DNA from: a virus
Strand: one strand, 5' to 3'
Virus record (IMG/VR): IMGVR_UViG_3300025168_000036
DNA: 64,000 bases
The number at the start of each line of letters is the position of its first letter. The first letter of the stretch is position 1. The notes beneath the pieces were generated by a model. The model made no database searches. It saw only the letters and a program-made list of their open reading frames with translations, and had not been told where the DNA came from. Made by a program: the position numbers and the translations under genes. Below are positions 47,348 through 56,562 of the stretch, one piece after another.

Positions 47348-49159
47348 TTATTCACCAAAAGTTGCACCAGTTGGTAATACGTTAAAGTCAATTACTATAA
47401 ATTCTGCAGCCTTAGCCGGTTGTAAGAATATTTCACCTTTTAAGATGTTTCTGTCAATTACATCAGGTGTGTTATTTGATTCATCCATTACAACTCTAAA
47501 GGCAAACAAACCTTGTTTCGTTTGTACATCTGCCATATAAGGATTAACAGCTGATAAGAACCTATTTCTAGTTGCAGCAGTATTATTTTCAAATACTAAG
47601 AATCTAGATGTAGATGCAATAAACTTCTTAAGTCTAATTAATAGTCTTCTAACATTTACACGATCAAGTGCAGATGCTTTTCTTTGTAGTGTCTTTTGTC
47701 CCCAAGCACATACACCTTGTCCAGGGAATGTTGCAATAGGATTAATACCTTTTTCGTATAATGTATCTCTGTCTGAATGTGGTAGCTTTCTTTCAGCTTG
47801 TATAGCAGAATCAAGTCCACCTCTATTCAAACCTGCAGGAGCAAACCATTCGTGAGCAACTTGGTCATTGAATGCAAATACACCTGCCATTAAAGTAGAT
47901 GCCGGCACCCATACTAATTGATTAGTTGAACTATCATTTGTTAAACACCATGGGTAGTACATTGCACCATAAGATGAATCAAAATTATCACCTTGAGTTG
48001 CAGCAGTAGCTACATTTTGATCCCATTTTACAGGATCAAGAATTGCCATACAATCACCTCTTTCCTCACATGAGTTAAGAATTTGAGTTGCTAATGCACT
48101 ATGTTCACCTGCAAGAACACCTGGTACTAATAACATATTAATATCATAATCATCTGCATTACCCATTAAAAGTATTGCTGAATATAATTCATCGCATGAT
48201 GTTAATGTAGAATAGTCATATCCTTGAACGTTTGTTGAATCAATAGTTTCATGCCAATTTGCTACTACATTGTTTGGCCCAGCACTTCCATCACTTCCTC
48301 CAGTAAATGAACCTGACCAAACTCCTCCAGTAACAACCCTTGTAGGTAGTGAACCAGTAGCTGAGTTTAATCTTATGCTTCCATCTTCTAATAAATAGTT
48401 TGGTGTTGCAAAATCTACAGACTTTATTCTAATATATTTAGATTTGTTTGGATACTTACCTGTTGTCTTAACATATCTTGTATTGCCTGATCCAGCAATA
48501 GTGTGGGTTTGATTTCCAATAACTCTTTCAATGTAGTTGGTAGAATTAGGATCTAGATTAACTCCATTCCATGATTCTAAAGCAACCTTTCTCTTTTTAG
48601 AGTCATCACCTCGCCTAATAGTTAGTGTAAATGTACCTTTTGTGTCATTAACAGAACTAACTTCTAGTCTTAAATTATCTTTATCACCTGCTCCAGTTAA
48701 TACATGGTTTGAAATAGACCCTGAACTGGTTTGTAATACACCGTGTGATAGTGTTTCTGTAGTAAATGATGCAGTTATTAATGCTTGGACTGCATAGTTG
48801 TTTAGGGCAGTACCTGCATTTATTGATGCAGAAACTGGTACCTTACATGTTGCAGCAGTATAACTACCTGATAACATTCTAACTACAGTTAGTGCACTTC
48901 CATTCTTTAAATATTCTTTTGCAGCAGTATTTGTTAAATATGAATAATTTTTTGTGTCTGCATCGGAACTACCTGATGATACCACGTCTCCAAAAATTTG
49001 AACATATTCACTATAATTTGACACCATTGTAGGTGCCATCGCAGGCCCCTTAGCTGTTGGCCCAATAACAGCAGCACCAATCTCACCTACAGCTTGTGGT
49101 AAGAATGATAAATCTTTTTCCGAGGTAAATACACCTGGTGATACAATTTTCTCAGCCAT
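47348..49159 (-). CDS. Tail sheath protein (gp18-like)
   Basis: SPGVFTSEKD, WFAPAGLNRG, INPI, WGQKTL, RVNVRRL, FENN, AEFI. Confidence 0.95.
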   Translation of the reverse strand: MAEKIVSPGVFTSEKDLSFLPQAVGEIGAAVIGPTAKGPAMAPTMVSNYSEYVQIFGDVVSSGSSDADTKNYSYLTNTAAKEYLKNGSALTVVRMLSGSYTAATCKVPVSASINAGTALNNYAVQALITASFTTETLSHGVLQTSSGSISNHVLTGAGDKDNLRLEVSSVNDTKGTFTLTIRRGDDSKKRKVALESWNGVNLDPNSTNYIERVIGNQTHTIAGSGNTRYVKTTGKYPNKSKYIRIKSVDFATPNYLLEDGSIRLNSATGSLPTRVVTGGVWSGSFTGGSDGSAGPNNVVANWHETIDSTNVQGYDYSTLTSCDELYSAILLMGNADDYDINMLLVPGVLAGEHSALATQILNSCEERGDCMAILDPVKWDQNVATAATQGDNFDSSYGAMYYPWCLTNDSSTNQLVWVPASTLMAGVFAFNDQVAHEWFAPAGLNRGGLDSAIQAERKLPHSDRDTLYEKGINPIATFPGQGVCAWGQKTLQRKASALDRVNVRRLLIRLKKFIASTSRFLVFENNTAATRNRFLSAVNPYMADVQTKQGLFAFRVVMDESNNTPDVIDRNILKGEIFLQPAKAAEFIVIDFNVLPTGATFGE

Positions 49160-49249
49160 TTATTTCTCTCCTATCTCTTGTTTTGATATAATATCCAATA
49201 CGTTTATGTATTCTATTCGTTATATAAATATCAGATTAAAACTGTAAAA

Positions 49250-49498
49250 TTACGATTTTGGTATAAACTCTCCTTTGTCCATATCAATTGTACCTTCACC
49301 ATACTTTAATCTTAATGTTTCCCCTAAGTCACTTTCATCTTTCTGTAAGATTTGTAGATCCTTGAGTATAGATGTCTTTGATTCTTGTAGCATTGCACTT
49401 TGAATTTCAATTCCACCTAATTTATCTTGTATTATTAGATATCTTTCTCTTGTTTCTTTTATTTTTGTTAATTCGTCTGTTGTAAACTTCTTGTTCAT
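49250..49498 (-). CDS. Small coiled-coil protein
   Basis: 82-aa ORF ending KYGEGTID..KGEF. Confidence 0.6.
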   Translation of the reverse strand: MNKKFTTDELTKIKETRERYLIIQDKLGGIEIQSAMLQESKTSILKDLQILQKDESDLGETLRLKYGEGTIDMDKGEFIPKS

Positions 49499-49526
49499 GT
49501 TTTTCCCTTTATTATTTTTATAAAAC

Positions 49527-50432
49527 TTAACTATTTGTATTTGATCCTAATGGGTGATAACCACCGTTTGAGTTTCCAGACTCAACTTCTGTTTGATTCG
49601 TAGACACTTCCGGACTAATTGTTTCAACACCTTGATGCCCTACGATGCTTTCACCTATCTGAACTGCCATATGAGATATTACATCTTCAGACTCAGCTGC
49701 TATTTTCTTCTGTAATATATCAGGTATTAAAAACCCAGACAATGTTAAAGAAAAGTTTGATGTTATAACTCTATCAGCTCCAGACTCAACTTCAGTTACA
49801 TTATCAAATGAGTCAATCTTACTTTTAAAGTTATATCTTTCTTTTTGACCCCAGTATGCACCTTCTGCGTAGTTAACAGCTTCTATTATTGAATTCATTT
49901 GTTCTATAAACTCAGTGGTCACAATAAAGTCATAGCTTAAATCTACATAATCAGGCACAACAACTCTTTTATATGTCTTCTTTTTTGTAAACCCATTTAG
50001 CTTATGAAAGTTGTCATATTTATTTGCCATATTAAAGTTATTTTCAAAACCTTGATATAGCTTAGGTGAGTTTGCATCTATTTTATTCGCAAGGCCTCTT
50101 TGCTTTTCTATGCCTGTTCTTTTAAACATAATTAAAGGTAATTGTAATTTACCCTTATTATCTCTATATACCCTACTTTTTTGTATACTAGACCATCTCT
50201 CTGGATTCCCATACATTATAGGTACTTGCACCCTTTGGCCCGTACTGTCTGTAATTTCTGGCATTATTGCGTTCTCAAAATAGTCAACAATAACACTATC
50301 TATGTCAATTAAGCCTAGCTTAATATCTAGCTTTCTAGCTACCTTTCCAGCTCTTACCTCTCCACCTCTGTGGCTTAATTCTGGTGCAGACTTTTTGTCT
50401 CTTTGATTTTTATTTAATTCAGATATTGCCAT
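49527..50432 (-). CDS. Tail terminator/sheath stabiliser (gp15-like)
   Basis: VPIMYGNPERW, LPLIMF, PDYV; position after neck genes. Confidence 0.7.
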   Translation of the reverse strand: MAISELNKNQRDKKSAPELSHRGGEVRAGKVARKLDIKLGLIDIDSVIVDYFENAIMPEITDSTGQRVQVPIMYGNPERWSSIQKSRVYRDNKGKLQLPLIMFKRTGIEKQRGLANKIDANSPKLYQGFENNFNMANKYDNFHKLNGFTKKKTYKRVVVPDYVDLSYDFIVTTEFIEQMNSIIEAVNYAEGAYWGQKERYNFKSKIDSFDNVTEVESGADRVITSNFSLTLSGFLIPDILQKKIAAESEDVISHMAVQIGESIVGHQGVETISPEVSTNQTEVESGNSNGGYHPLGSNTNS

Positions 50433-50433
50433 A

Positions 50434-50949
50434 TTATATATTGTCAGGTATTATTCCTGCATTTCCTATACTAGTGTTTTCTATAGATAAACTACTTCTT
50501 CTTGCCATGTGTGTTTTACACAATATTGATATACTTGCACCAAATTCATCACCTAATGTTGTTGTGTCAGGATTGTGTGCCATGTGATATTGCTCATCAT
50601 TAACTGAATCTACCTCCCAATAAGATGCATCCCACTTAAATATATCTCCAACCTGTATTACCAAGTTTGTATCTTTTATTGTTTCTCTTACAAATGAAAA
50701 ATTACATATTTGGCTTACATCTTCACCCATTCCGTTATCTGCCCACTCCTTGCCTTCAGGTGAAATTATACAACCTACCCTCACAGCAGTTTTATAGATC
50801 TTTCTAACAGCCTCACCATATACATTCTCTTTTGTAAGTGTGTTTGATATCTTATAAATATCAATTTCTGTTCCTAAAATTCTATCTACTAATTCGTCAC
50901 TTAGCTTTCTAAATAACTGTGTATCTCTATTACCTGAAAATAATGCCAT
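50434..50949 (-). CDS. Neck/head closure protein (gp14-like)
   Basis: NVYGEA, VGDIF, YWEVD; synteny. Confidence 0.7.
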   Translation of the reverse strand: MALFSGNRDTQLFRKLSDELVDRILGTEIDIYKISNTLTKENVYGEAVRKIYKTAVRVGCIISPEGKEWADNGMGEDVSQICNFSFVRETIKDTNLVIQVGDIFKWDASYWEVDSVNDEQYHMAHNPDTTTLGDEFGASISILCKTHMARRSSLSIENTSIGNAGIIPDNI

Positions 50950-50951
50950 AA

Positions 50952-52112
50952 TTATCCTATATAGATTGTTAGTGGTACTTTATTAATTGTTTCTTGATGA
51001 AAGTTTGCCTCATCATTTTGTCTTTCCATAGCATTCCTTCTAGAAGAAGCCTCTAAGTCTTCTCTTAGTTCTGATACTAGTGTCTCTTTCTCTGCCAAAC
51101 CTTCACTTCTTAAAGTGTCTCCATCCAAGCTTAGTGCCTCTCCTGGTGAAGGTATACTTCCATACTTACTTCTTACTATACCTAATAGCTCTTTTGCAAG
51201 TGCCAGTGTGTATTTTCTTATCCATTGCTTTCCTGGATTATTTATGTATTCATATTCTATATGATTATATGTTATGTTTGAAAAGTCTGATATTTTATCA
51301 GTTGCTCCTGAAGTATTATTTCTATCTCCTGTTAAGATATACTGGAAGTGTATTTTAAAGCTTCCAGAAGGAATTGGAAATATACGCATTCTATTATTTT
51401 GTATCTCAAATCCATAAGCAGACTTTCTAACATGGTCATTAAATTCAATTGCCTGAACTCTCATTAGATCATCATACATTGGCATCATCATATGATTAAT
51501 TGCAGGGCTAAATCCACTCCACCCAAATTCATTCATTTGTTGAGATGTTGCAGTAGCGGTTCCTACATAAGGGTCAAAGAATCTTGTCATTGCAGGTGAA
51601 GCTTGGTGAAATACTTTCTTTATTTCAATTTCATCTGTTCCTGGTGTCCCCGATTCAAATGTTGTTGAGCCAGTACTTGTTAAATCATATGTTTGTATTT
51701 GATTCTGTGTTGTTATAGAACCTGAATACCATGTTACGTTTCCACCTACACCAGCCTCAGAGCCATATTCATTACTTAGCGTAATTAGTCTGTTTAATCC
51801 TGTGCCATCAATTGTTTTACCTGATAGATTTGAGGATGTTGGTTGACCTTGTGCTCCAAGTAGATTTTCTCTTATATTAAACCTGTTAACTTGTGCATTG
51901 TATTCTGTTACTGCCTCCTCAAAACATGCAAAAAATGAGCCTGATTGCAATTCAATATTAACTATAGGATATCCCATTCTTTTAGCACACCACTTAGCTG
52001 TACTAATTGCAGACTGTGTGTATGTGTCATCATGATCATAAAGACCAAATGGTGTATCATCTGTTCCCGACCAAGTAGCTGTTCCGTCCCATATTTTTAC
52101 TTCTGTTGCCAT
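50952..52112 (-). CDS. Neck/adaptor protein (gp13-like)
   Basis: GYPIVNIEL, WIRKYTLALAKE.LG..RSKY, LDG; follows the major capsid gene. Confidence 0.8.
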   Translation of the reverse strand: MATEVKIWDGTATWSGTDDTPFGLYDHDDTYTQSAISTAKWCAKRMGYPIVNIELQSGSFFACFEEAVTEYNAQVNRFNIRENLLGAQGQPTSSNLSGKTIDGTGLNRLITLSNEYGSEAGVGGNVTWYSGSITTQNQIQTYDLTSTGSTTFESGTPGTDEIEIKKVFHQASPAMTRFFDPYVGTATATSQQMNEFGWSGFSPAINHMMMPMYDDLMRVQAIEFNDHVRKSAYGFEIQNNRMRIFPIPSGSFKIHFQYILTGDRNNTSGATDKISDFSNITYNHIEYEYINNPGKQWIRKYTLALAKELLGIVRSKYGSIPSPGEALSLDGDTLRSEGLAEKETLVSELREDLEASSRRNAMERQNDEANFHQETINKVPLTIYIG

Positions 52113-52181
52113 AGATTTCCCCTTTTATATAAATATAAACTCAATATTGTACAATAATAAATATCAGCTAAAAGTTAAAAC

Positions 52182-52214
52182 AAAAAAAAAGAGCCCCAAA
52201 TTAATGGGGCCCTT
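52182..52214 (-). terminator. Rho-independent terminator after the major capsid gene
   Basis: Minus strand GGGCCCCA-TTAATT-TGGGGCTC followed by T9. Confidence 0.88.
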
Positions 52215-52239
52215 CTTAAGAATAATTAAAAACTATTTA

Positions 52240-53877
52240 TTAAATAGTGTTTAATCCAGATACATTAATCTTACCGTAGAATTCTGGTCTTACAACTTTC
52301 TTAGCATACCTAGTCATTACACCTTTTCTTGGAGTAAAGTTAGTTGGATCGTATACTAGTGGAGTCATAATTAATGGAATATAAGGAGCATAAACTGCAC
52401 CAGTTTCCAAGAATTGAGTACCACGGAATCCCATAATAATCTCATTTGATTGCATGTAAGGGTTTTTGTAAACTGTAAATCTGTTAGCTAAGCTACCGAT
52501 TTTAGTTACGCCCATTGCAAATGATTGTTGAGCACCATCTGTATCAACACCGAATCCAGAAATAGATTCTAACACAGTAGAAACCTCAGGTCCACATACT
52601 AAGAAGTTAGCACCACCACGCATTGTTTTTGCATGAATTTTGTTACTTACTTTTTGTACTTTTGTACCTAATGTTGCAAACCATGAAGTTTGTTGATAAG
52701 CATATTGTGAACCAACAGCAGAAAATGCAGTTCCAGCAGCATTTAATGCCTGTCCGTCTGCATGCCATGAATCAGTTGTGTTTGCATTTGCAGATAACAT
52801 ACCTAAGATTTCTAAATCTATTTCCATAGAAATATATTCAGATAACATAGATGTTAATTCAGCCTCAGCATCAATTGAGTGATAAGCATTTAAGTCTTGA
52901 GCAAATTCTGGAGTCCAGATTACTTTTAACTTTCTTGTCTTAGCTACAATTGCCTCAGATCTTAATTCAACATTTACTTCAGGAATATTCAAGTCTGTTG
53001 CAGTTCCAGCAGCATAAGATGTAGGATCTTTATCCTCAAAATCACCTCTTGACTGGTCATTAGCATTCTTGATTACAAATGAAGTCTTGATTTGACCTAA
53101 TCCAAAAGTATCAGCCCATGTTGGTAGTTCAGCAGCAGTTTCACCGATGAAAGTTACAACACCTGCAGCAGTAGCAGTAGTAAACTGTGGATATACTTTA
53201 AAGTCAGATGCAGAAACTTGGAAAGCTTGTGCAGCCTGTTCATCAAGATTAGTGTTTTCAGTTGTAATTACAACCTTCTTTAATCTCTTAGCAGTAACTA
53301 AAGTTTCTAAACTAGAATCAAAGTTAACATCAGCTAAAGAAGCAGTAGATGCTGCAGTTAAAGCGTCAGCTACACCTGTAGATGCAGATCTGTTAGTTGA
53401 ATATCCGAACTTTCCAGAACCATAAAGGCCTCCAGAAGGATCAACATTTTTGGTATCTGTAGTACCCATTATTTTATCACCAGTAGCTACTGTGTGAGTG
53501 TTAGCGGCAGTTCCGCCTACGCCTGAATCAGACCCATATTTGAAGTCTAGGAAAAATACTAGACCTGATGGTAGATTCATTGGTTGTACGCTTACAAAAT
53601 CTTTTGCAGCAATTTCACCGAAAATTCTTCTTACTAGTGGAAGTGCAACTCCTGACCATTCTTCTTTACTACCACCTGTACCGGTAGCATTAGCTTCTTG
53701 GATCAATTGTCTTGCTTGATTTTCTAAAAGAATAGCAGTATTATGTTTTTCATACTCTGCATCGATTCCTTCTAAAAGACCAGTTTTTTCCCACTTATTT
53801 ACATAAGCTTTAGTTTCAGCAATTTGTTGCCTATAAGTATTTTGAGCGTCGTTAAGTAAATTACTTACGTTTGACAT
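52240..53877 (-). CDS. Major capsid protein (T4 gp23-like)
   Basis: KWEKTGLL, LLENQ, VQPMNLPSGL, AKTRKLK, AQDL.AYH..DAEAEL, YAPYIPL, GVMTRY. Confidence 0.96.
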   Translation of the reverse strand: MSNVSNLLNDAQNTYRQQIAETKAYVNKWEKTGLLEGIDAEYEKHNTAILLENQARQLIQEANATGTGGSKEEWSGVALPLVRRIFGEIAAKDFVSVQPMNLPSGLVFFLDFKYGSDSGVGGTAANTHTVATGDKIMGTTDTKNVDPSGGLYGSGKFGYSTNRSASTGVADALTAASTASLADVNFDSSLETLVTAKRLKKVVITTENTNLDEQAAQAFQVSASDFKVYPQFTTATAAGVVTFIGETAAELPTWADTFGLGQIKTSFVIKNANDQSRGDFEDKDPTSYAAGTATDLNIPEVNVELRSEAIVAKTRKLKVIWTPEFAQDLNAYHSIDAEAELTSMLSEYISMEIDLEILGMLSANANTTDSWHADGQALNAAGTAFSAVGSQYAYQQTSWFATLGTKVQKVSNKIHAKTMRGGANFLVCGPEVSTVLESISGFGVDTDGAQQSFAMGVTKIGSLANRFTVYKNPYMQSNEIIMGFRGTQFLETGAVYAPYIPLIMTPLVYDPTNFTPRKGVMTRYAKKVVRPEFYGKINVSGLNTI

Positions 53878-53894
53878 TTTTGTCTCCTAATTTT

Positions 53895-54854
53895 TTATAG
53901 TAAACCTGCCAACTTCTTCATTCTAGATGAAAAGTTGTTAGATTCAACAATTACGTTTTTATTTGGTTTAGTCGAATTAACGGCTTTTGAAGCAAAACCT
54001 TCAGTTACTGATCTCTTCTTAGTTGGTTTGTATCCAGTTAAAGATTCTGCTAAAGTAGTGTATACTAATTTAACTTCTCTTACTGAACCTGCCCTATCGA
54101 AAGTTTCAATAATTTTCATTTTTTGTGATTCATTTAGACCGTTACTTCTAAATAGTTTGTTTGAGAATAAAAGTTTTGCATTCAACAAATTAACTTCATT
54201 GATCTTATCTTTTAGGAACTTAATAGTTTTGTAAGCTTCTTTAAGATCTTCATCTTTTTCAGTTTCATTTGTAGGCTCATCTTCGTCCTCATCTTCTTCT
54301 TGAAGTGCTTTAATTACCTCGTCTAAATCTATCTCTGTATCATCAGATGGTTCATCATCTTCAGTTTCGTCCATTGGTTTTTCATCAGAATCTTCAGTTT
54401 CAGTCACAGGTTCTTCATCATCACTGTGGTCTTCATCTTCAGTTTCCATTTCTTCACCATCGTCTTCTAATTCTTTAATGATTGATTCAAGTTCTAAGTC
54501 GTCTTCATCTTCAGTTTCATACATGTCATCATCTTCAGTTTCATGTATTTCTTCATCAGTGTCTTCACCACCTTCTGATTCATCTTCACCTACTTCGTTG
54601 TATGCTTCTTCAGTTTCATCAGCCTGACCTAAGTCGGTTGAGTCATCTGCGTCCATTTCAACAGTAGCTTCTGGAGTATCAGCTAGTTCTTCTTCATCAT
54701 CAAAATCTTCAGATTCTTCAGCGATCTTTTGAGATAACATAGATTGTAGTCTAGGGGTAAAAGCCTCTTCTAAAGCTAGTTTAGCATTCGCAATTGCAGT
54801 TTCTCTAACTGCTTTCGCATCAGCTATAGCTTCTTTTAACAAGTTTTTTGACAT
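53895..54854 (-). CDS. Prohead core/scaffold protein (gp22-like), highly acidic
   Basis: Directly upstream of MCP; repeated ETED units; ends RMKKLAGLL. Confidence 0.8.
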   Translation of the reverse strand: MSKNLLKEAIADAKAVRETAIANAKLALEEAFTPRLQSMLSQKIAEESEDFDDEEELADTPEATVEMDADDSTDLGQADETEEAYNEVGEDESEGGEDTDEEIHETEDDDMYETEDEDDLELESIIKELEDDGEEMETEDEDHSDDEEPVTETEDSDEKPMDETEDDEPSDDTEIDLDEVIKALQEEDEDEDEPTNETEKDEDLKEAYKTIKFLKDKINEVNLLNAKLLFSNKLFRSNGLNESQKMKIIETFDRAGSVREVKLVYTTLAESLTGYKPTKKRSVTEGFASKAVNSTKPNKNVIVESNNFSSRMKKLAGLL

Positions 54855-55026
54855 TTTGTGTCTCCTCTTAATTTATGTTTAGGAAGTATAGCTATTAGGA
54901 GCTATAATAGAATTTATTTTAATACGTTTGCAATGTATCTAGTTATCACATGCGTTTTTACGTATAATTGTTAATCGAATATAAATATATATAGATATAT
55001 AAAAAGTATCGTTTTTCTAAAACTTT

Positions 55027-55245
55027 TTAACTAAATGGGTTTAATTTATTCCAGTGACGCTGTGGGATTCCACAATATATACACATTAAACCTAAGCTAA
55101 AAGATACAAAACAGAAGCCCATTTCGTTAAGTGGGTCTGCAAACGATATATAGTTTAGTATTGTACCAGTAGCTGTAATATATGCTACGTATAATGAGAT
55201 TAAACCTCCCATAAGGGTTAGTAAATTTTGAGTAGAACTTTTCAT
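55027..55245 (-). CDS. Small two-helix membrane protein
   Basis: Two hydrophobic stretches in 72 aa. Confidence 0.5.
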   Translation of the reverse strand: MKSSTQNLLTLMGGLISLYVAYITATGTILNYISFADPLNEMGFCFVSFSLGLMCIYCGIPQRHWNKLNPFS

Positions 55246-55248
55246 ATT

Positions 55249-55434
55249 TTATTTATTATTTATTAGTTTTGATTCTTGTTTTTCAACCACCTTACATGCG
55301 TAGTCAAATTCTTCTGGTGCAGTATGAATGTTTTCAGCATCATAAGCTTTGATTACAAATGTTGTTTTATTTTCAACAATTGATATTAGTGTTCCTGATA
55401 GTTTGACGGTGTAATTTGGAAAGGTCTTTTTCAT
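55249..55434 (-). CDS. Small hypothetical protein
   Basis: 61-aa ORF downstream of repeat copy D. Confidence 0.5.
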   Translation of the reverse strand: MKKTFPNYTVKLSGTLISIVENKTTFVIKAYDAENIHTAPEEFDYACKVVEKQESKLINNK

Positions 55435-55475
55435 AAGTCTGTTTTTCGTTAGTATGTTAATTAGTTATTTATATA

Positions 55476-55544
55476 TAAATATAAACAAAAATACGCAAGA
55501 AAAAAAATTTCTCACGTATTATTTTTAGAAAGTTATTAACAATT
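55476..55544 (-). repeat. Dispersed promoter-associated repeat, copy D
   Basis: ACGCAAGAAAAAAAATTTCTCACGTATTATTTTTAGAAAGTTATTAACAATT on + strand. Confidence 0.85.
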
Positions 55545-55549
55545 AGTTG

Positions 55550-55894
55550 TTAAACAGCCTTACCATCTCTAATTACAGTCCATATATGGTTCTTATCATG
55601 CCTCTTTTGTCTTGCAGTCTCTCTCTTTTGCATGGCTTTGGCATAGTCCATCTTTTTAACTCTTTTTGCAGAATTACCTTCAAAGTATCTCCTTTCCTTA
55701 TACTCATCTAGCTTCCCTGAGTCCTTTATTTGTCTCTTAAATATTTTAAGGGCCTTTTCTAGGTCTCCTGGTGTTGAACCTGGAACCTTAACTCCTCCTG
55801 GTACTCCTGGTATAATAAAGTCTGAACGCTTCCTATAATTTTTAATTGGCCTTCCAGACCTATCTCTTGGTGTATGCTTTCTTTTATCTGACAT
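55550..55894 (-). CDS. rpsU: Ribosomal protein bS21 homolog with N- and C-terminal extensions
   Basis: VKV...DLEKALKIFKRQIKDSGKLDEYKERRYFEGNSAKR matches the bS21 core pattern (AL..FKR...G...E...R.FYEKPS). Confidence 0.8.
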   Translation of the reverse strand: MSDKRKHTPRDRSGRPIKNYRKRSDFIIPGVPGGVKVPGSTPGDLEKALKIFKRQIKDSGKLDEYKERRYFEGNSAKRVKKMDYAKAMQKRETARQKRHDKNHIWTVIRDGKAV

Positions 55895-55957
55895 AAATGT
55901 TTTTTTTGTATTAATTAATTGTATATAATATAAACAATTTCTGCTTAATAAAAAAAT

Positions 55958-56560
55958 TTATTTAATATTTTTTTTCATCCAAGAGTTTACGTATTGCATT
56001 AGCTCTTTCTGGGCAGGTTTAATGTCACCTTTCTCTGTCATAGGACCATTTTTCCAGTCTAACCAACCATCTTTAATTAACATTAAGCCTTCATCAAGAT
56101 CTCTCATGATTTCAATGTATTCTTCTGTAATTGTAGTCTTCTGTGTGTTCCATTCAAGAATTTTATTTTCCTGCATTTGCTTTAATAAGTTAGCCTCATC
56201 ACCTTTACGCCATGTGTTTCCTAACTTACCACCACCACCAATTCTTAATTGGCCATACTTAGCATAAATAGTATATTTTCTTCCATCAACATTAATAATT
56301 GCAGAATCAGAATACTTTTCTTTCATTGAACCTAATACATCTCTAACCTTATTCTTTTTAAGCCACTTCATAGCTATGTCATGGCCTTTTTTATCAAAGG
56401 TATAATTTAATGATGTTCCAACCTGGTCGCCTTTATCAAGCTTAACAGCTTCATCCTTTCTTTTAGGATTCAATACTGGATTCCATCTCATCTTTTTTAA
56501 TTTTGAAGAAGGTAGCTCACCTAAGTATGCATGTTCTTTTAATATATCTTTAAGTTTCAT
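55958..56560 (-). CDS. Putative internal head protein
   Basis: N-terminal MKLKDILKE; located in the head cluster. Confidence 0.55.
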   Translation of the reverse strand: MKLKDILKEHAYLGELPSSKLKKMRWNPVLNPKRKDEAVKLDKGDQVGTSLNYTFDKKGHDIAMKWLKKNKVRDVLGSMKEKYSDSAIINVDGRKYTIYAKYGQLRIGGGGKLGNTWRKGDEANLLKQMQENKILEWNTQKTTITEEYIEIMRDLDEGLMLIKDGWLDWKNGPMTEKGDIKPAQKELMQYVNSWMKKNIK

Positions 56561-56562
56561 TA

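Noticed and set aside
50853-50862. GATATTTATA inside the gp14-like gene
   Set aside because: Intragenic (encodes DIYK) and far from the next start; plausible by chance in AT-rich DNA.
54230-54620. Repeated TCTTCAGTTTC units resembling a CRISPR or tandem array
   Set aside because: Irregular spacing and short units; they encode the ETED repeats of the acidic scaffold.
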